NCBI GenBank assembly: GCA_021740585.1
Contig: JAIOZM010000010.1
Span: 54-64,053, forward strand
Origin: Bacteroidales bacterium
GTDB lineage: Bacteria > Bacteroidota > Bacteroidia > Bacteroidales > GCA-2748055
Length of the DNA stretch: 64,000 nucleotides
Direction of reading: 5' to 3'
The first letter of the stretch is position 1, and the number at the start of each line of letters is the position of its first letter. The translations under genes and the position numbers were made by a program. Positions 29,813-39,734 of the stretch are shown here, piece by piece. The notes beneath the pieces were generated by a model, which saw nothing but the letters and a program-made list of their open reading frames with translations, ran no database searches and was not told where the DNA came from.

Positions 29813-30262
29813 TTATGGGTTATCGCTGGCGAACCATTCTGCATAGCTGTTGCCGGTCTCCCTCAATATAAGAGAATGAAGGCTAAGGTGAGCGGGTAGT
29901 ACTTTTTTAAGTTCTCCGGAAATATAAATCAATAGATTTTCACAGCTAGGCTGAAAATTTACCATTATTAAGCGTCCAAACATTGGGTTTTGGGTATCTA
30001 TTCCTTGTTCGGCTTCGCTCCCCGGCAGGATAAGGCTGTGGTCTAACTTTTTGACTATGTGGGTGTTAACCATTTTTTTAATGTCTCCAAAATCGGCAAC
30101 CATACCGTTTTTTGGATTCGTTTCATCCTCTAATACCTCACCAATGATACAAACTGACAAATGATATGAATGGCCGTGAATGTTTCTGCATAAACCGTCA
30201 TAATTTTTGAGAGCGTGAGCCATCTCGAAATCGAATTCCTTTGTTACCCTAATCTTTGTCAT
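29813..30262 (-). CDS. queD: 6-carboxytetrahydropterin synthase
   Basis: Start placed at ATG 30262 (MTKIRVTKEFDFEMAHAL). Motif is CRNIHGHSYHLSV, and the size fits the PTPS/QueD family. Confidence 0.85.
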   Translation of the reverse strand: MTKIRVTKEFDFEMAHALKNYDGLCRNIHGHSYHLSVCIIGEVLEDETNPKNGMVADFGDIKKMVNTHIVKKLDHSLILPGSEAEQGIDTQNPMFGRLIMVNFQPSCENLLIYISGELKKVLPAHLSLHSLILRETGNSYAEWFASDNP

Positions 30263-30387
30263 TATATAAATCTTTCTAAGAAAACAACCGCTCAAAACAC
30301 ATGTTCATTCCAAGCTTTGAAAAAAGAAAACACCTTGGTTTACATGCCATTAACATTAATAAACCTGTATATGAAAATTATACGCTA

Positions 30388-30687
30388 TTAATGGCACGCG
30401 CACTTTCCAATACATTCAACGATATGGCTGATGTCGTTGTGTTTAAGAAAGTAATAGGTATTTTTTCCGTCTCTTTTTGAGCTAAGGATTCCCTTGTCTT
30501 TAAGTATGCCTAGGTGATGTGATGTTGTTGATTGCTCAATTTTGAGAAGCTCATGTATTTCTGTCACTGTTAATTTATCTCCATTTTCAAGAAAATTTAA
30601 AATGGCTATACGCATTGGATGGGCCATTGCTTTTAGCATTGACGCGGCTTTTTCAAGCTGACCGGTATTCAAATCAGATATTTTCAT
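30388..30687 (-). CDS. ArsR/SmtB-family metalloregulator
   Basis: LKAMAHPMRIAILNFL...VTEIHELLKIEQSTTSHHLGILKDKGIL. The C-terminal tail is Cys/His-rich (ECIGKCACH). Confidence 0.85.
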   Translation of the reverse strand: MKISDLNTGQLEKAASMLKAMAHPMRIAILNFLENGDKLTVTEIHELLKIEQSTTSHHLGILKDKGILSSKRDGKNTYYFLKHNDISHIVECIGKCACH

Positions 30688-30964
30688 TAATTATATCGTA
30701 AAATTTTTCAAAAGCTGGGAAAATAAAATTGATTTTAATTTGAAATTTAATATTCTGGTTATAATAAATTCAAATGTAATCCTGCCAATTTCAATTATTC
30801 TAAAACTAAACTAATTTATAAATGCAAATATATGAATATCTCATTATACAAAAATGATTTTAATCATATATTTATTTACTGAACACCGCGTGCATCATTT
30901 ATGTCTTTTAATTGTTATTAGTTTTTGTAAACTAATGTTAACTTTAGCCCGTTATGTACAATCT

Positions 30965-31939
30965 ATGAGTGAACTTAAAATTATACAGAAGCCTATTGAA
31001 AAGGAGTTGAAGGCATTCGAGCTTCATTTCAAAGAATCCATTCAAAGCAAGGTTCCCTTTCTTGCCAGTATTACAAACTATATATTAAGAAGAAAGGGTA
31101 AGCAAATCAGGCCTACATTAGTTTTACTAAGTTCGGCCATGATTGGAGGCGTTAACAAATCAAGCTATACTGCGGCCTCTTTAATCGAGCTTCTTCATAC
31201 CGCCAGTCTGGTGCACGATGATGTTGTAGATGAGGCATATGAAAGAAGGGGCTATTTTTCATTAAAAGCAATCTGGGGCTCCAAAGTTGCTGTCCTTGTG
31301 GGAGACTTTCTTCTTTCACAAGGCTTATTGCTGGCGGTGGAAAAAAAAGAATATGAGTTGTTAGGCATTGCCTCTGAGGCAGTTAGAGAGATGGTGGAGG
31401 GGGAATTACTACAAATTCGAAAATCCAGAAAGCTGGATATAAGCATGGATGAGTATTTTGAAGTTATTCGTAAAAAAACAGCGGCTTTAATTGCTGCCTG
31501 TACAGCTACCGGAGCTAAAGCCTCAGGGGGATCTGAGGAGGACGTTGAATTAATGAGGAATTTTGGATATGATTTAGGCTGTGCTTTTCAAATTAAAGAT
31601 GATTTATTTGATTATGAAAAACAAGGGAAAATCGGAAAGCCTGTTGGAAATGATATCAAAGAAAAGAAAATGACCCTTCCTTTAATATATTCACTTCAAA
31701 ATTGTACAAAACAAGAACGCAGGCATATTATTTACATTATCAGAAGAGACAACAAAAACAAAAAACGTATTGAGGAGATTTTTCAATTTGTAAATAAATA
31801 TAAGGGATTAGAGTACGCGGAAGAAAAAATGATTGAATATAAAAACAGGGCACTTGACATCCTTAAAAACTTTCCTGATAACGAGTCTAAGTATGCATTG
31901 ACAGAACTTGTGAATTATACCATAAAAAGGAAAGTTTAG
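30965..31939 (+). CDS. polyprenyl diphosphate synthase (IspB-like)
   Basis: Start moved to ATG 30965 (MSELKIIQKP). First DDxxD is LVHDDVVDE and second DDxxD is FQIKDDLFDY. Confidence 0.85.
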   Translation: MSELKIIQKPIEKELKAFELHFKESIQSKVPFLASITNYILRRKGKQIRPTLVLLSSAMIGGVNKSSYTAASLIELLHTASLVHDDVVDEAYERRGYFSLKAIWGSKVAVLVGDFLLSQGLLLAVEKKEYELLGIASEAVREMVEGELLQIRKSRKLDISMDEYFEVIRKKTAALIAACTATGAKASGGSEEDVELMRNFGYDLGCAFQIKDDLFDYEKQGKIGKPVGNDIKEKKMTLPLIYSLQNCTKQERRHIIYIIRRDNKNKKRIEEIFQFVNKYKGLEYAEEKMIEYKNRALDILKNFPDNESKYALTELVNYTIKRKV

Positions 31940-32059
31940 AGGCCTGAGATTTGAAAATTCCCTCCCTGCACCCCTGATTATTTTAAATATGTTGCTCAGA
32001 AAGGCTTACATTTAGTTTTTGCCCTTATATTATTCTGTTTTTCAATTGATTAAGGGCTT

Positions 32060-33868
32060 TCATGTGGTTTTTAGATTAAAGCTCTTCCACATCAAATTTG
32101 CCTTTTTTTCACCAATAGTTGAAACAACTTCCGAATACCTTGCTTTTTTCAATGATTCCACCGATCCGAACTTTGCAATTAAAATTTCTATAGTTTTATC
32201 ACCTATTCCGGAAATTGTTTCGAGCTCTGATGAAATCATTGACCCGGATCTCTTTTGTCTGTGAAAATTAATACCAAATCTGTGTGCTTCATTTCGCAAT
32301 GCCTGAATCACTTTTAAGGATTCAGAATTTTTATCAAGATATAAGGGTACAGAATCTCCTGGAAAATAGATTTCCTCCAGGCGCTTGGCAATCCCGATAA
32401 TTGCAATTTTGTCCCGAAGATTAAGCTTTTCCAGGCTCGAAACAGCCGAGCTCAACTGTCCCTTCCCTCCATCTACCACTATTAGTTGTGGTAATGTTTC
32501 GTTTTCTTCGAGCAATCGTTTATACCTTCTGTATATAACCTCTTTCATGGATCCAAAATCATCGGCTCCCACAACCGTTTTGATATTATAATGCCTATAA
32601 TCCTTTTTAGCTGGTTTAAGGTTTTTGAATACCACACAAGCTGCCACTGGATTTGTTCCCTGTATATTGGAATTATCAAAGCACTCGATATGAACCGGAT
32701 TCTGACTTAGGTGAAGGTCGCTCTTCATAGTTTCCAATTTTCTGTCAAGTGCTTTAATTGGATTTTGAACCATTGCCTGTTTCTTTTTGTCCAGCATAAA
32801 ATACTTTGCATTTCTTAAAGACAATTCCAGCAATTTCACTTTATCTCCCTTTTCGGGCACTTTTATCCTTGCATTGATTCCAGGTAAATGAAGAATAAAC
32901 GGCAAAATAATTTCAGGAGAGTCGCTTTTTAAACTGTCTCTTATATCAAGAATAACAAAACTCAAAAGATCTTCTTTTGTCTCCTCAAGTTTTTTTACAA
33001 TCTCAACATTTTGTGCCTGTACGATACTTCCGTGTTTAACTTTTAAGTAGTTAACGTAAGCATTTTTCTCATCCTGAACGATTGAAAACACTTCGAGATT
33101 ATCAATTTTAGGATTTACAACCGTTGATTTAAGCTGGAATTTCTCGAGAGAACGAATTTTTTCCTTTACTTTACCGGCTTCTTCATATTGGAAGTTTTTT
33201 GAAAATTCTTGCATTTGAACTTTCAGGTGATTTATTACATCCGACATCCCTCCTTTCAATATACTTTTTATTTGGTCTATTGAAGCTTGATAATCATTGT
33301 GGTTTTGTAATCCAACACACGGCCCCTTACAGTTACCCAGGTGGTATTCAAGGCAGACTTTGAATTTATTTTCAGAAATATTTTCCTCTGTCAATTTAAG
33401 CTTACAGGTTCTAAGAGGATAAATTTCGCGTATTAATTCTAATAAAGTGCGTACTGTAAAGGCTGAAGTATAGGGCCCAAAATATACAGATCCGTCATTA
33501 ATTCTTGTTCGGGTAGTAAAAACACGAGGGAAATCTTCATTCTTAATACATATCCAGGGAAAGGTTTTATCATCCTTTAAATTGATATTATATCTGGGTT
33601 GGTATTTTTTTATCAGACTGTTCTCCAATAACAATGCATCTGATTCTGTATCGACAATTATATGTCGAATTTCAAAAATACGTCTGACTAATATTTTCAG
33701 TTTGGCATTCTCATAATTCTGTCGGTTAAAATAAGAGGAGACCCTTTTTTTCAGTGATTTTGCCTTTCCAATATAAATTATTTTCCCTTCTTTATCAAAA
33801 AACTGATAAATACCCGGTTTATCTGGAAGGTTTTGTAGTTCTGATTTTATTTTTTCAGTTGCATTCAT
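32060..33868 (-). CDS. uvrC: excinuclease ABC subunit C
   Basis: GIY-YIG domain (PGIYQFFDKEGKIIYIGKAKSLKKRV), UVR domain and a C-terminal HhH region. The start shares one base with the upstream stop (TAATG). Confidence 0.95.
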   Translation of the reverse strand: MNATEKIKSELQNLPDKPGIYQFFDKEGKIIYIGKAKSLKKRVSSYFNRQNYENAKLKILVRRIFEIRHIIVDTESDALLLENSLIKKYQPRYNINLKDDKTFPWICIKNEDFPRVFTTRTRINDGSVYFGPYTSAFTVRTLLELIREIYPLRTCKLKLTEENISENKFKVCLEYHLGNCKGPCVGLQNHNDYQASIDQIKSILKGGMSDVINHLKVQMQEFSKNFQYEEAGKVKEKIRSLEKFQLKSTVVNPKIDNLEVFSIVQDEKNAYVNYLKVKHGSIVQAQNVEIVKKLEETKEDLLSFVILDIRDSLKSDSPEIILPFILHLPGINARIKVPEKGDKVKLLELSLRNAKYFMLDKKKQAMVQNPIKALDRKLETMKSDLHLSQNPVHIECFDNSNIQGTNPVAACVVFKNLKPAKKDYRHYNIKTVVGADDFGSMKEVIYRRYKRLLEENETLPQLIVVDGGKGQLSSAVSSLEKLNLRDKIAIIGIAKRLEEIYFPGDSVPLYLDKNSESLKVIQALRNEAHRFGINFHRQKRSGSMISSELETISGIGDKTIEILIAKFGSVESLKKARYSEVVSTIGEKKANLMWKSFNLKTT

Positions 33869-35493
33869 TAATCAATAAAGATAGAAGTATGCCCAAAGGT
33901 ATTAACATCAAAAAGTCCTTTATTACCTATTTTCAATTCAGGTATCACCAATAAAGCCATAAAGGATAATGTCATGAATGGGGCTCTGAGTTTAGAACCC
34001 AATTCTTTAATTTTATGGTCGAGTGCTGCATATTTTTCAGCTACTTTTATAGCAGACAGTTCCGAAATAATTCCTGCAATTGGGAGTGGTATTCCGATTA
34101 TTTTCTTTCCATCGTGAACGGCAATACCTCCTTTATTTTGCTGAGCCCAACCAACCAGTTCCGCCATAATGCTATCGTCAACTCCAACTACAATTATATT
34201 ATGACTATCGTGGGCAATAGTGGACACCATTCCCCCTTTAGTTATACCAAAACCTTTTATTAATCCAACAGAAGGTTTTTCCGCACTATATCTGTTCACC
34301 ACAGATATCTTTAAAATATCTTCAGCAAGATCAGATTCAATAAATTTAATATTGCTTTTTAAGGAAATAATTCTTTGTCTTGTTACCAATTCTCCATCTA
34401 TTATCTCTATTACCTTAGCCTTCCCCCCCTCCTTTTTTAGCTTAAAAGAATCCTTCTCTACTTTATTTACGTAAAAGGTATTTGTTGGTTCCGGCTTATT
34501 TGCTTCAAACAATACCCTATTCTTATCAAAGACTTCTACCCCATTAATAATTGTTTTAATAATTTTTAATTCCGTCAAGTTATTTACAATTACCATATCG
34601 GCAGGGTCGCCCTTTTGCAGCATTCCCACCGGTATATTATAATGTTTAACCGGATTAAAAACCACGGCTCTTAGTATATTATATAAATTTAATCCCTTCT
34701 CAAGAGATCTTTTAATCAACAAATTAATATGCCCTTTAACCAGATCATCCGGATGCAAATCGTCTGAGCATAACATTACCATTTCAGGAAAATCATCGAT
34801 TAACTTATTCAGGCTTTCGAAATTCCGGGCGGCGCTTCCTTCTCGTATTTGAATTTTCATGCCCAATTTAATTTTTTCAAGAGCTTCATCATAAGTAAAG
34901 CACTCATGATCGGTTTCAATCCCTGCACCGACATATTTAGCCAATTCGGCGCCGGATAAACCAGGGCCATGTCCATCAATTGTTTTTCCGGAATTTTTAG
35001 CTGCTAAAATCTTTTTGTCCACATCAGGATCATTATAAATAACTCCGGGGAAATTCATCATCTCCGACAAAAAATAAATATCATCTCTTTTTAGTAAACC
35101 TTCCACCTCAACAGCATCAAGAACAGCGCCTGAAGTTTCAAACTTAGTTGCAGGGACGCAACTGGGGGCTCCAAAGAAAAATTTAAGGGGCGATTCTTCT
35201 GCATCGTTAATCATATACTCTACCCCTTTCCTGCCTAAAACATTTGCAATTTCATGCGGATCCGACACTACCGCCACTGTACCATGCTTTACGGCTTCAG
35301 CAGCAAAATTCTGCGGACTTAGCATGGAGCTCTCAATATGAATATGAGAATCTACGAATCCCGGTAGGATGACAAGGTCGTCAACATCATTACATTTCTC
35401 AATATTAATTATACGACCATTTACAACCTGAAGTCTTCCTTTAAAACTTGTTTTTGATACAATGTCCACTATGGTTCCGCTATATTCTTTCAT
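33868..35493 (-). CDS. ade: adenine deaminase
   Basis: Amidohydrolase metal motif PGFVDSHIHIESSML. 541 aa with the two-domain layout typical of Ade. Confidence 0.85.
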   Translation of the reverse strand: MKEYSGTIVDIVSKTSFKGRLQVVNGRIINIEKCNDVDDLVILPGFVDSHIHIESSMLSPQNFAAEAVKHGTVAVVSDPHEIANVLGRKGVEYMINDAEESPLKFFFGAPSCVPATKFETSGAVLDAVEVEGLLKRDDIYFLSEMMNFPGVIYNDPDVDKKILAAKNSGKTIDGHGPGLSGAELAKYVGAGIETDHECFTYDEALEKIKLGMKIQIREGSAARNFESLNKLIDDFPEMVMLCSDDLHPDDLVKGHINLLIKRSLEKGLNLYNILRAVVFNPVKHYNIPVGMLQKGDPADMVIVNNLTELKIIKTIINGVEVFDKNRVLFEANKPEPTNTFYVNKVEKDSFKLKKEGGKAKVIEIIDGELVTRQRIISLKSNIKFIESDLAEDILKISVVNRYSAEKPSVGLIKGFGITKGGMVSTIAHDSHNIIVVGVDDSIMAELVGWAQQNKGGIAVHDGKKIIGIPLPIAGIISELSAIKVAEKYAALDHKIKELGSKLRAPFMTLSFMALLVIPELKIGNKGLFDVNTFGHTSIFID

Positions 35494-35669
35494 ATACTCC
35501 TTAAATTTAAATCAACTTTTTTCAGTTTACCTTATAATTGGCCAGGGAATTAAAAAATTAATTGTGCATTTTAACCACACCGAAAAGCAAGTTTTCCACG
35601 GAAACGCAACAATGCCAGACTCTCCCAACCTAAAAACAGATCAAAAATAAAAATAAACAGCCCCCCTTA

Positions 35670-35714
35670 GTTCCACGTGGAACCAAAAAAACGGCCGTTT
35701 GTTCCACGTGGAAC
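35670..35714 (-). terminator. compound palindrome: two perfect copies of GTTCCACGTGGAAC flanking AAACGGCCGTTT; likely the mnmG terminator and/or an operator upstream of ade
   Basis: Copies at 35670-35683 and 35701-35714, with the inner 12-bp palindrome at 35689-35700. It starts 2 nt after the mnmG stop (35716-35718). On the minus-strand RNA a U-rich tract follows. Function not established. Confidence 0.5.
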
Positions 35715-35715
35715 C

Positions 35716-37590
35716 TTATCTGCCCATATATAATAATAAAACACTTATATCAGCCGGAGAAACTCCACTTATTTTAGAGGCTTCCCCAATGGTCTTTGGT
35801 TTTTGTTTTTTAAGTTTATGACGAGCCTCGGTAGAAATAGATTTAAGACTTCCAATATCAATGCTATCCAAAATCTTTACTTCATTTAGTCGTTTAATTT
35901 TCTCAGCCAAATCCTTTTCCCTCTTTATATAGCCTTCATATTTAATTGTAATCTCTACACTTTCTAAAATTTCCTCTGCCCGGCCACCAGCCATTTCGGC
36001 TCTTTCTCTTATCCCTTCCACATAATCTGAAAGTTCAAAAATTGATATTTGCGGTCTCCGCAATAAATCTACTGCTTTAAGCTTTTGTTTTATTGGAGAA
36101 GTACCTTTATCCTTCAACAAAACGTTCATTTTTGCAGGAACAATACTGGTTGTTTTTAAAAATTCCAATATATCATTTTTGATTTTAAGTTTTTCATCAA
36201 GTAAAACTTTCCTTTCTTTCTTTGCCAATCCTATATTGAAACTTAAATCTGTCAATCTTTCATCTGCATCATCCTGTCTTAATAAAAGTCTATACTCCGC
36301 TCTTGAGGTAAACATACGATAAGGTTCATCCACTCCCTTTGAAATTAGATCATCTATCAGTACTCCAATATATGCCTGATCTCTCCCCAGGACGAACTCA
36401 CCCTTTTTCTGAATTTTTAGCGCAGCATTTATACCTGCCATTAATCCCTGGGCTCCCGCCTCCTCATAACCGGTTGTTCCATTAATTTGTCCCGCAAAAT
36501 ACAGATTACTAATTTTTCTTGTTTCAAGGCTATGAAACAATTGTGTTGGTGGATAATAATCGTATTCGATGGCATAACCAGGTCTGAATATTTTTACATT
36601 TTCAAGTCCGGGAATTTTATGCATTGCAGACAATTGTACTTCCCATGGCAAAGATGAAGAAAATCCATTCAAATAATACTCGTTTGTATTTAGTCCTTCA
36701 GGTTCTAAAAACAATTGATGACTATCTTTTGAAGCAAAAGTATGAATCTTATCTTCTATGCTAGGACAATATCTTGGTCCGATACTTTTAATAGTACCAT
36801 TATACATTGGCGAATCCAACAATCCGGTTCTAAGATCTTCATGAACATCTAAATTAGTATAGGTAATCCAGCAGCTCATGTGATTACTATAATCGACTTC
36901 ATTTTCCAAATAAGAAAAGCGCTTATTTTCCACATCACCTTTTTGTTCAAGCATTTTTGAAAAGTCGATAGTCCGGCCATCCAGTCTTGGTGGAGTACCG
37001 GTTTTCATTCTCCCCACCTCAAAACCATATTCCTTTAATTGGTCACTTATTCCTACCGAGGCCATATCGCCAGCTCTGCCCCCTTTAATTTTTGTCCTCC
37101 CAATATGCATCAAGCCATTTTCAAAGGTTCCGTTGGTAAGAATAACCGATTTACTAAAAATGCTTATTCCCAATTTTGTTTTTATCCCTTTGATGTTTCC
37201 ATTATCAATAATAAGTCCTACGACGCTATCTTGCCAAAAATCTAAATTCTCAGTATCCTCAAGAAGCTCTCTCCATACTATAGTAAACTTTTGTCTGTCG
37301 TTTTGAGAGCGTGGACTCCAGAGAGCTGGCCCTTTTGATCGATTAAGCATTCTAAATTGTATCATTGATCTGTCTGACACGATTCCACTATAGCCTCCTA
37401 AGGCATCGATCTCCCTAATTATCTGACCCTTAGCTACTCCACCCATGGCCGGATTACAGCTCATTTGCGCCATTTTTGTCATGTCCATAGTAACCAGAAG
37501 TGTACTACATCCCATATTAGCAGCTGCAGCTGCAGCTTCACAACCTGCATGACCTGCACCCACTACAATAACATCATATTGTGGTAACAT
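35716..37590 (-). CDS. mnmG: tRNA uridine 5-carboxymethylaminomethyl modification enzyme MnmG (GidA)
   Basis: YDVIVVGAGHAGCEAA FAD motif with full-length collinearity to GidA. Start placed at ATG 37590; the track start at 37608 is a TTG. Confidence 0.95.
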   Translation of the reverse strand: MLPQYDVIVVGAGHAGCEAAAAAANMGCSTLLVTMDMTKMAQMSCNPAMGGVAKGQIIREIDALGGYSGIVSDRSMIQFRMLNRSKGPALWSPRSQNDRQKFTIVWRELLEDTENLDFWQDSVVGLIIDNGNIKGIKTKLGISIFSKSVILTNGTFENGLMHIGRTKIKGGRAGDMASVGISDQLKEYGFEVGRMKTGTPPRLDGRTIDFSKMLEQKGDVENKRFSYLENEVDYSNHMSCWITYTNLDVHEDLRTGLLDSPMYNGTIKSIGPRYCPSIEDKIHTFASKDSHQLFLEPEGLNTNEYYLNGFSSSLPWEVQLSAMHKIPGLENVKIFRPGYAIEYDYYPPTQLFHSLETRKISNLYFAGQINGTTGYEEAGAQGLMAGINAALKIQKKGEFVLGRDQAYIGVLIDDLISKGVDEPYRMFTSRAEYRLLLRQDDADERLTDLSFNIGLAKKERKVLLDEKLKIKNDILEFLKTTSIVPAKMNVLLKDKGTSPIKQKLKAVDLLRRPQISIFELSDYVEGIRERAEMAGGRAEEILESVEITIKYEGYIKREKDLAEKIKRLNEVKILDSIDIGSLKSISTEARHKLKKQKPKTIGEASKISGVSPADISVLLLYMGR

Positions 37591-37643
37591 ACTATAAATT
37601 TTTAGCAAAGGTAATTATATTCCAGCACTTGCGAAGATGAAAA

Positions 37644-38069
37644 TTATTTTGTGCTGTGAAGAATTTGAAGATAATCTGATTCGGTCTGGCGCATAATTTT
37701 TTTCTCAGTTTCGGTTTTATCTTTAAATCCAAGAAAATGCAATACTCCATGAATAATAACTCTCTCTAATTCCTTATTGAAAGAGTCACTATATTTTTTA
37801 TAGTTTTCTCTGATTCGATCAACTGAAATAAAAATATCGCCACTGATATTATTACCACCTGAATAATCGAAACTAATTATATCGGTATAAAAATTATGTT
37901 TAAGGAATTTTTTATTCATATCCAACAATTCCTCATCTGTAAGAAAAGAATAATTAATTGAGCCAAGTGTAAAGCCTTTGTCGTTAATTGCTTTTTGAAT
38001 CCACTTTTTCAATTTCCTTTTTTGAGAGATTTGGAAACCCGGATATTCGGAATGAAACCAAACAGCCAA
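37644..38069 (-). CDS. ybeY: rRNA maturation RNase YbeY
   Basis: Zinc motif HGVLHFLGFKD. 141 aa. The apparent start is TTG, 3 nt after the upstream stop. Confidence 0.85.
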   Translation of the reverse strand: MAVWFHSEYPGFQISQKRKLKKWIQKAINDKGFTLGSINYSFLTDEELLDMNKKFLKHNFYTDIISFDYSGGNNISGDIFISVDRIRENYKKYSDSFNKELERVIIHGVLHFLGFKDKTETEKKIMRQTESDYLQILHSTK

Positions 38070-38071
38070 AA

Positions 38072-38470
38072 TTAATTTATATTAAAGAAAAGTTTTACTT
38101 TAGTACCATTCTCAAAAAACTCAATTGAATCGGAAAGTTTTGACATAAGAAACACTCCCCTGCCACTTGTCTTTTCAATATTCCCGGGAGCTGTTGGATC
38201 GGGAATATCATTTGGATTAAACCCTTTACCAAAATCCTTTATCGTCATTGAAATCCCCTCACCTGTTTCCTCCATAAAAATTTCAACATCCAAATCTTCC
38301 TGCTGTTTATTTCCATGCACGATAGCATTATTGGTAGCTTCCAATGTGGCAATTAATATATTTCCATAAACTTCATCGCTAAGTTTAAGTTCTTCAGAAA
38401 TTTCATCTATAAATTTTTCCACCAAACGCAGATTTTCAGGATTAGATTTTATTATCATAATTCTACTCAT
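38072..38470 (-). CDS. RsbW/SpoIIAB-like anti-sigma regulatory kinase (HATPase_c_2 type ATP-binding protein)
   Basis: N-box LEATNNAIVHGN, G1 KDFGKGF, G2 SGRGVFLMSKL. About 132 aa. Start taken at ATG 38470. Confidence 0.7.
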   Translation of the reverse strand: MSRIMIIKSNPENLRLVEKFIDEISEELKLSDEVYGNILIATLEATNNAIVHGNKQQEDLDVEIFMEETGEGISMTIKDFGKGFNPNDIPDPTAPGNIEKTSGRGVFLMSKLSDSIEFFENGTKVKLFFNIN

Positions 38471-38537
38471 ATAAATTAATTTGAGCAATAGTCTTATTTA
38501 TACTAAGATTATTCAAAAAGGTTACTTAAAAGTATTA

Positions 38538-39734
38538 TTATTTACTTAACCACACTTCAGGGTTAAGTGCATCCATTTTATTCCACAACTCAAAATGTAA
38601 ATTTGCAGCTTTATCGTTATCTTCTCCCAAATTACCAATATGTTGTTTAATCTCAACAATATCACCGGCCTTAACATTTACGCTTATAAGATTCTGATAA
38701 ACGGTTCTGTAATTTCCATGTTTTATTATAACCGTATAATTTGCTCCCAGTATTGCAATAACTTTAGTTACCTCTCCTTTGAAAACGGCTCTGACTTTTG
38801 ACTTGTCATTAGTTGTAATATCGACGCCATTACTTTTTATTTTAATTCCGGGTAAAACAGGATGAGCTCTTTCACCATATTTTCCTGTAATAAGACCTTG
38901 TTCTGTAGGCCAGGGCAATCCTCCTTTATTATTTTCAAAATTACCATCAATTATTTTTTCAGCGGGAGTTAGATTGTTAAGCCTGTTTGCTTCTCTGGCT
39001 TTTCGAGCTTCTTCTTCAATTAATGTTTTAATTTCGAGTTCTATCCTTTTTTGTATTTCCTCTTGCTCCTTAACTTGTTTTAATAAAATATTTTCTCTTT
39101 TTAAAAGTTCCTTTTGCAAATCTATTTTTTCATTTTGGGATGACAACAAGTTTATTCTCTCTGAATCAATATTCTTTATTGTTTGTTCTTTACCCGATTG
39201 CAAATTTCGAAGTGAGTCTAATTGTTTTGCTAAAGACTCATTCTGATGAATAATCTCCTGGTAAAGTTCTTTTCTAAATTCATTAATATATTTAAGATAT
39301 TTAAATCGTCTATAACTTTGATTAATATCTTCTGAGGATAATATATACATTAACCAAAATTCTGAATCCATATTCCTATAACTTGCCCTAATGATTTTTG
39401 CATAGGTCAGCTTTAATTTCTCAATTTCCTTTTTACCCTCAAGTATCTCTTCATTTAAAAAATCTATATCACTTGCAATATAATTCAACTCTTCTTCGTA
39501 ATTATTAATTAATTTTTGCCTGTATTCAATTCCTTGATTAAGAATTGATAAACTCGAAAGATTTTTTCTTTTATTCTGATAATTTGATTCCAATAATTTT
39601 CTTGTATATTCCAGCTTTTCTATATTACTACTTTTTACAGCTTCAAGAGCTTTTCTGTCTTGAGAGTAAATCGATCCTGAAACGGAAAGAAAACAAACGA
39701 AAAAAAATATTTTAAAATAGAGATTTGATTTCAT
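38538..39734 (-). CDS. EnvC-like murein hydrolase activator (coiled coil plus degenerate LytM/M23 domain)
   Basis: Signal peptide, a ~240-aa coiled coil, then a C-terminal LytM fold. The canonical metal and catalytic positions are substituted: SNGVD instead of HxGxD, YQNL instead of YxHL, NLHFE instead of HLHFE. Confidence 0.75.
   Translation of the reverse strand: MKSNLYFKIFFFVCFLSVSGSIYSQDRKALEAVKSSNIEKLEYTRKLLESNYQNKRKNLSSLSILNQGIEYRQKLINNYEEELNYIASDIDFLNEEILEGKKEIEKLKLTYAKIIRASYRNMDSEFWLMYILSSEDINQSYRRFKYLKYINEFRKELYQEIIHQNESLAKQLDSLRNLQSGKEQTIKNIDSERINLLSSQNEKIDLQKELLKRENILLKQVKEQEEIQKRIELEIKTLIEEEARKAREANRLNNLTPAEKIIDGNFENNKGGLPWPTEQGLITGKYGERAHPVLPGIKIKSNGVDITTNDKSKVRAVFKGEVTKVIAILGANYTVIIKHGNYRTVYQNLISVNVKAGDIVEIKQHIGNLGEDNDKAANLHFELWNKMDALNPEVWLSK

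Noticed and set aside
35494-35715. Purine riboswitch upstream of adenine deaminase
   Set aside because: I could not find the conserved purine-riboswitch junction and loop sequences (UAUAAU...UGGGAGUUUCUACC-type core) on the minus strand. Only the palindromes reported above are present.
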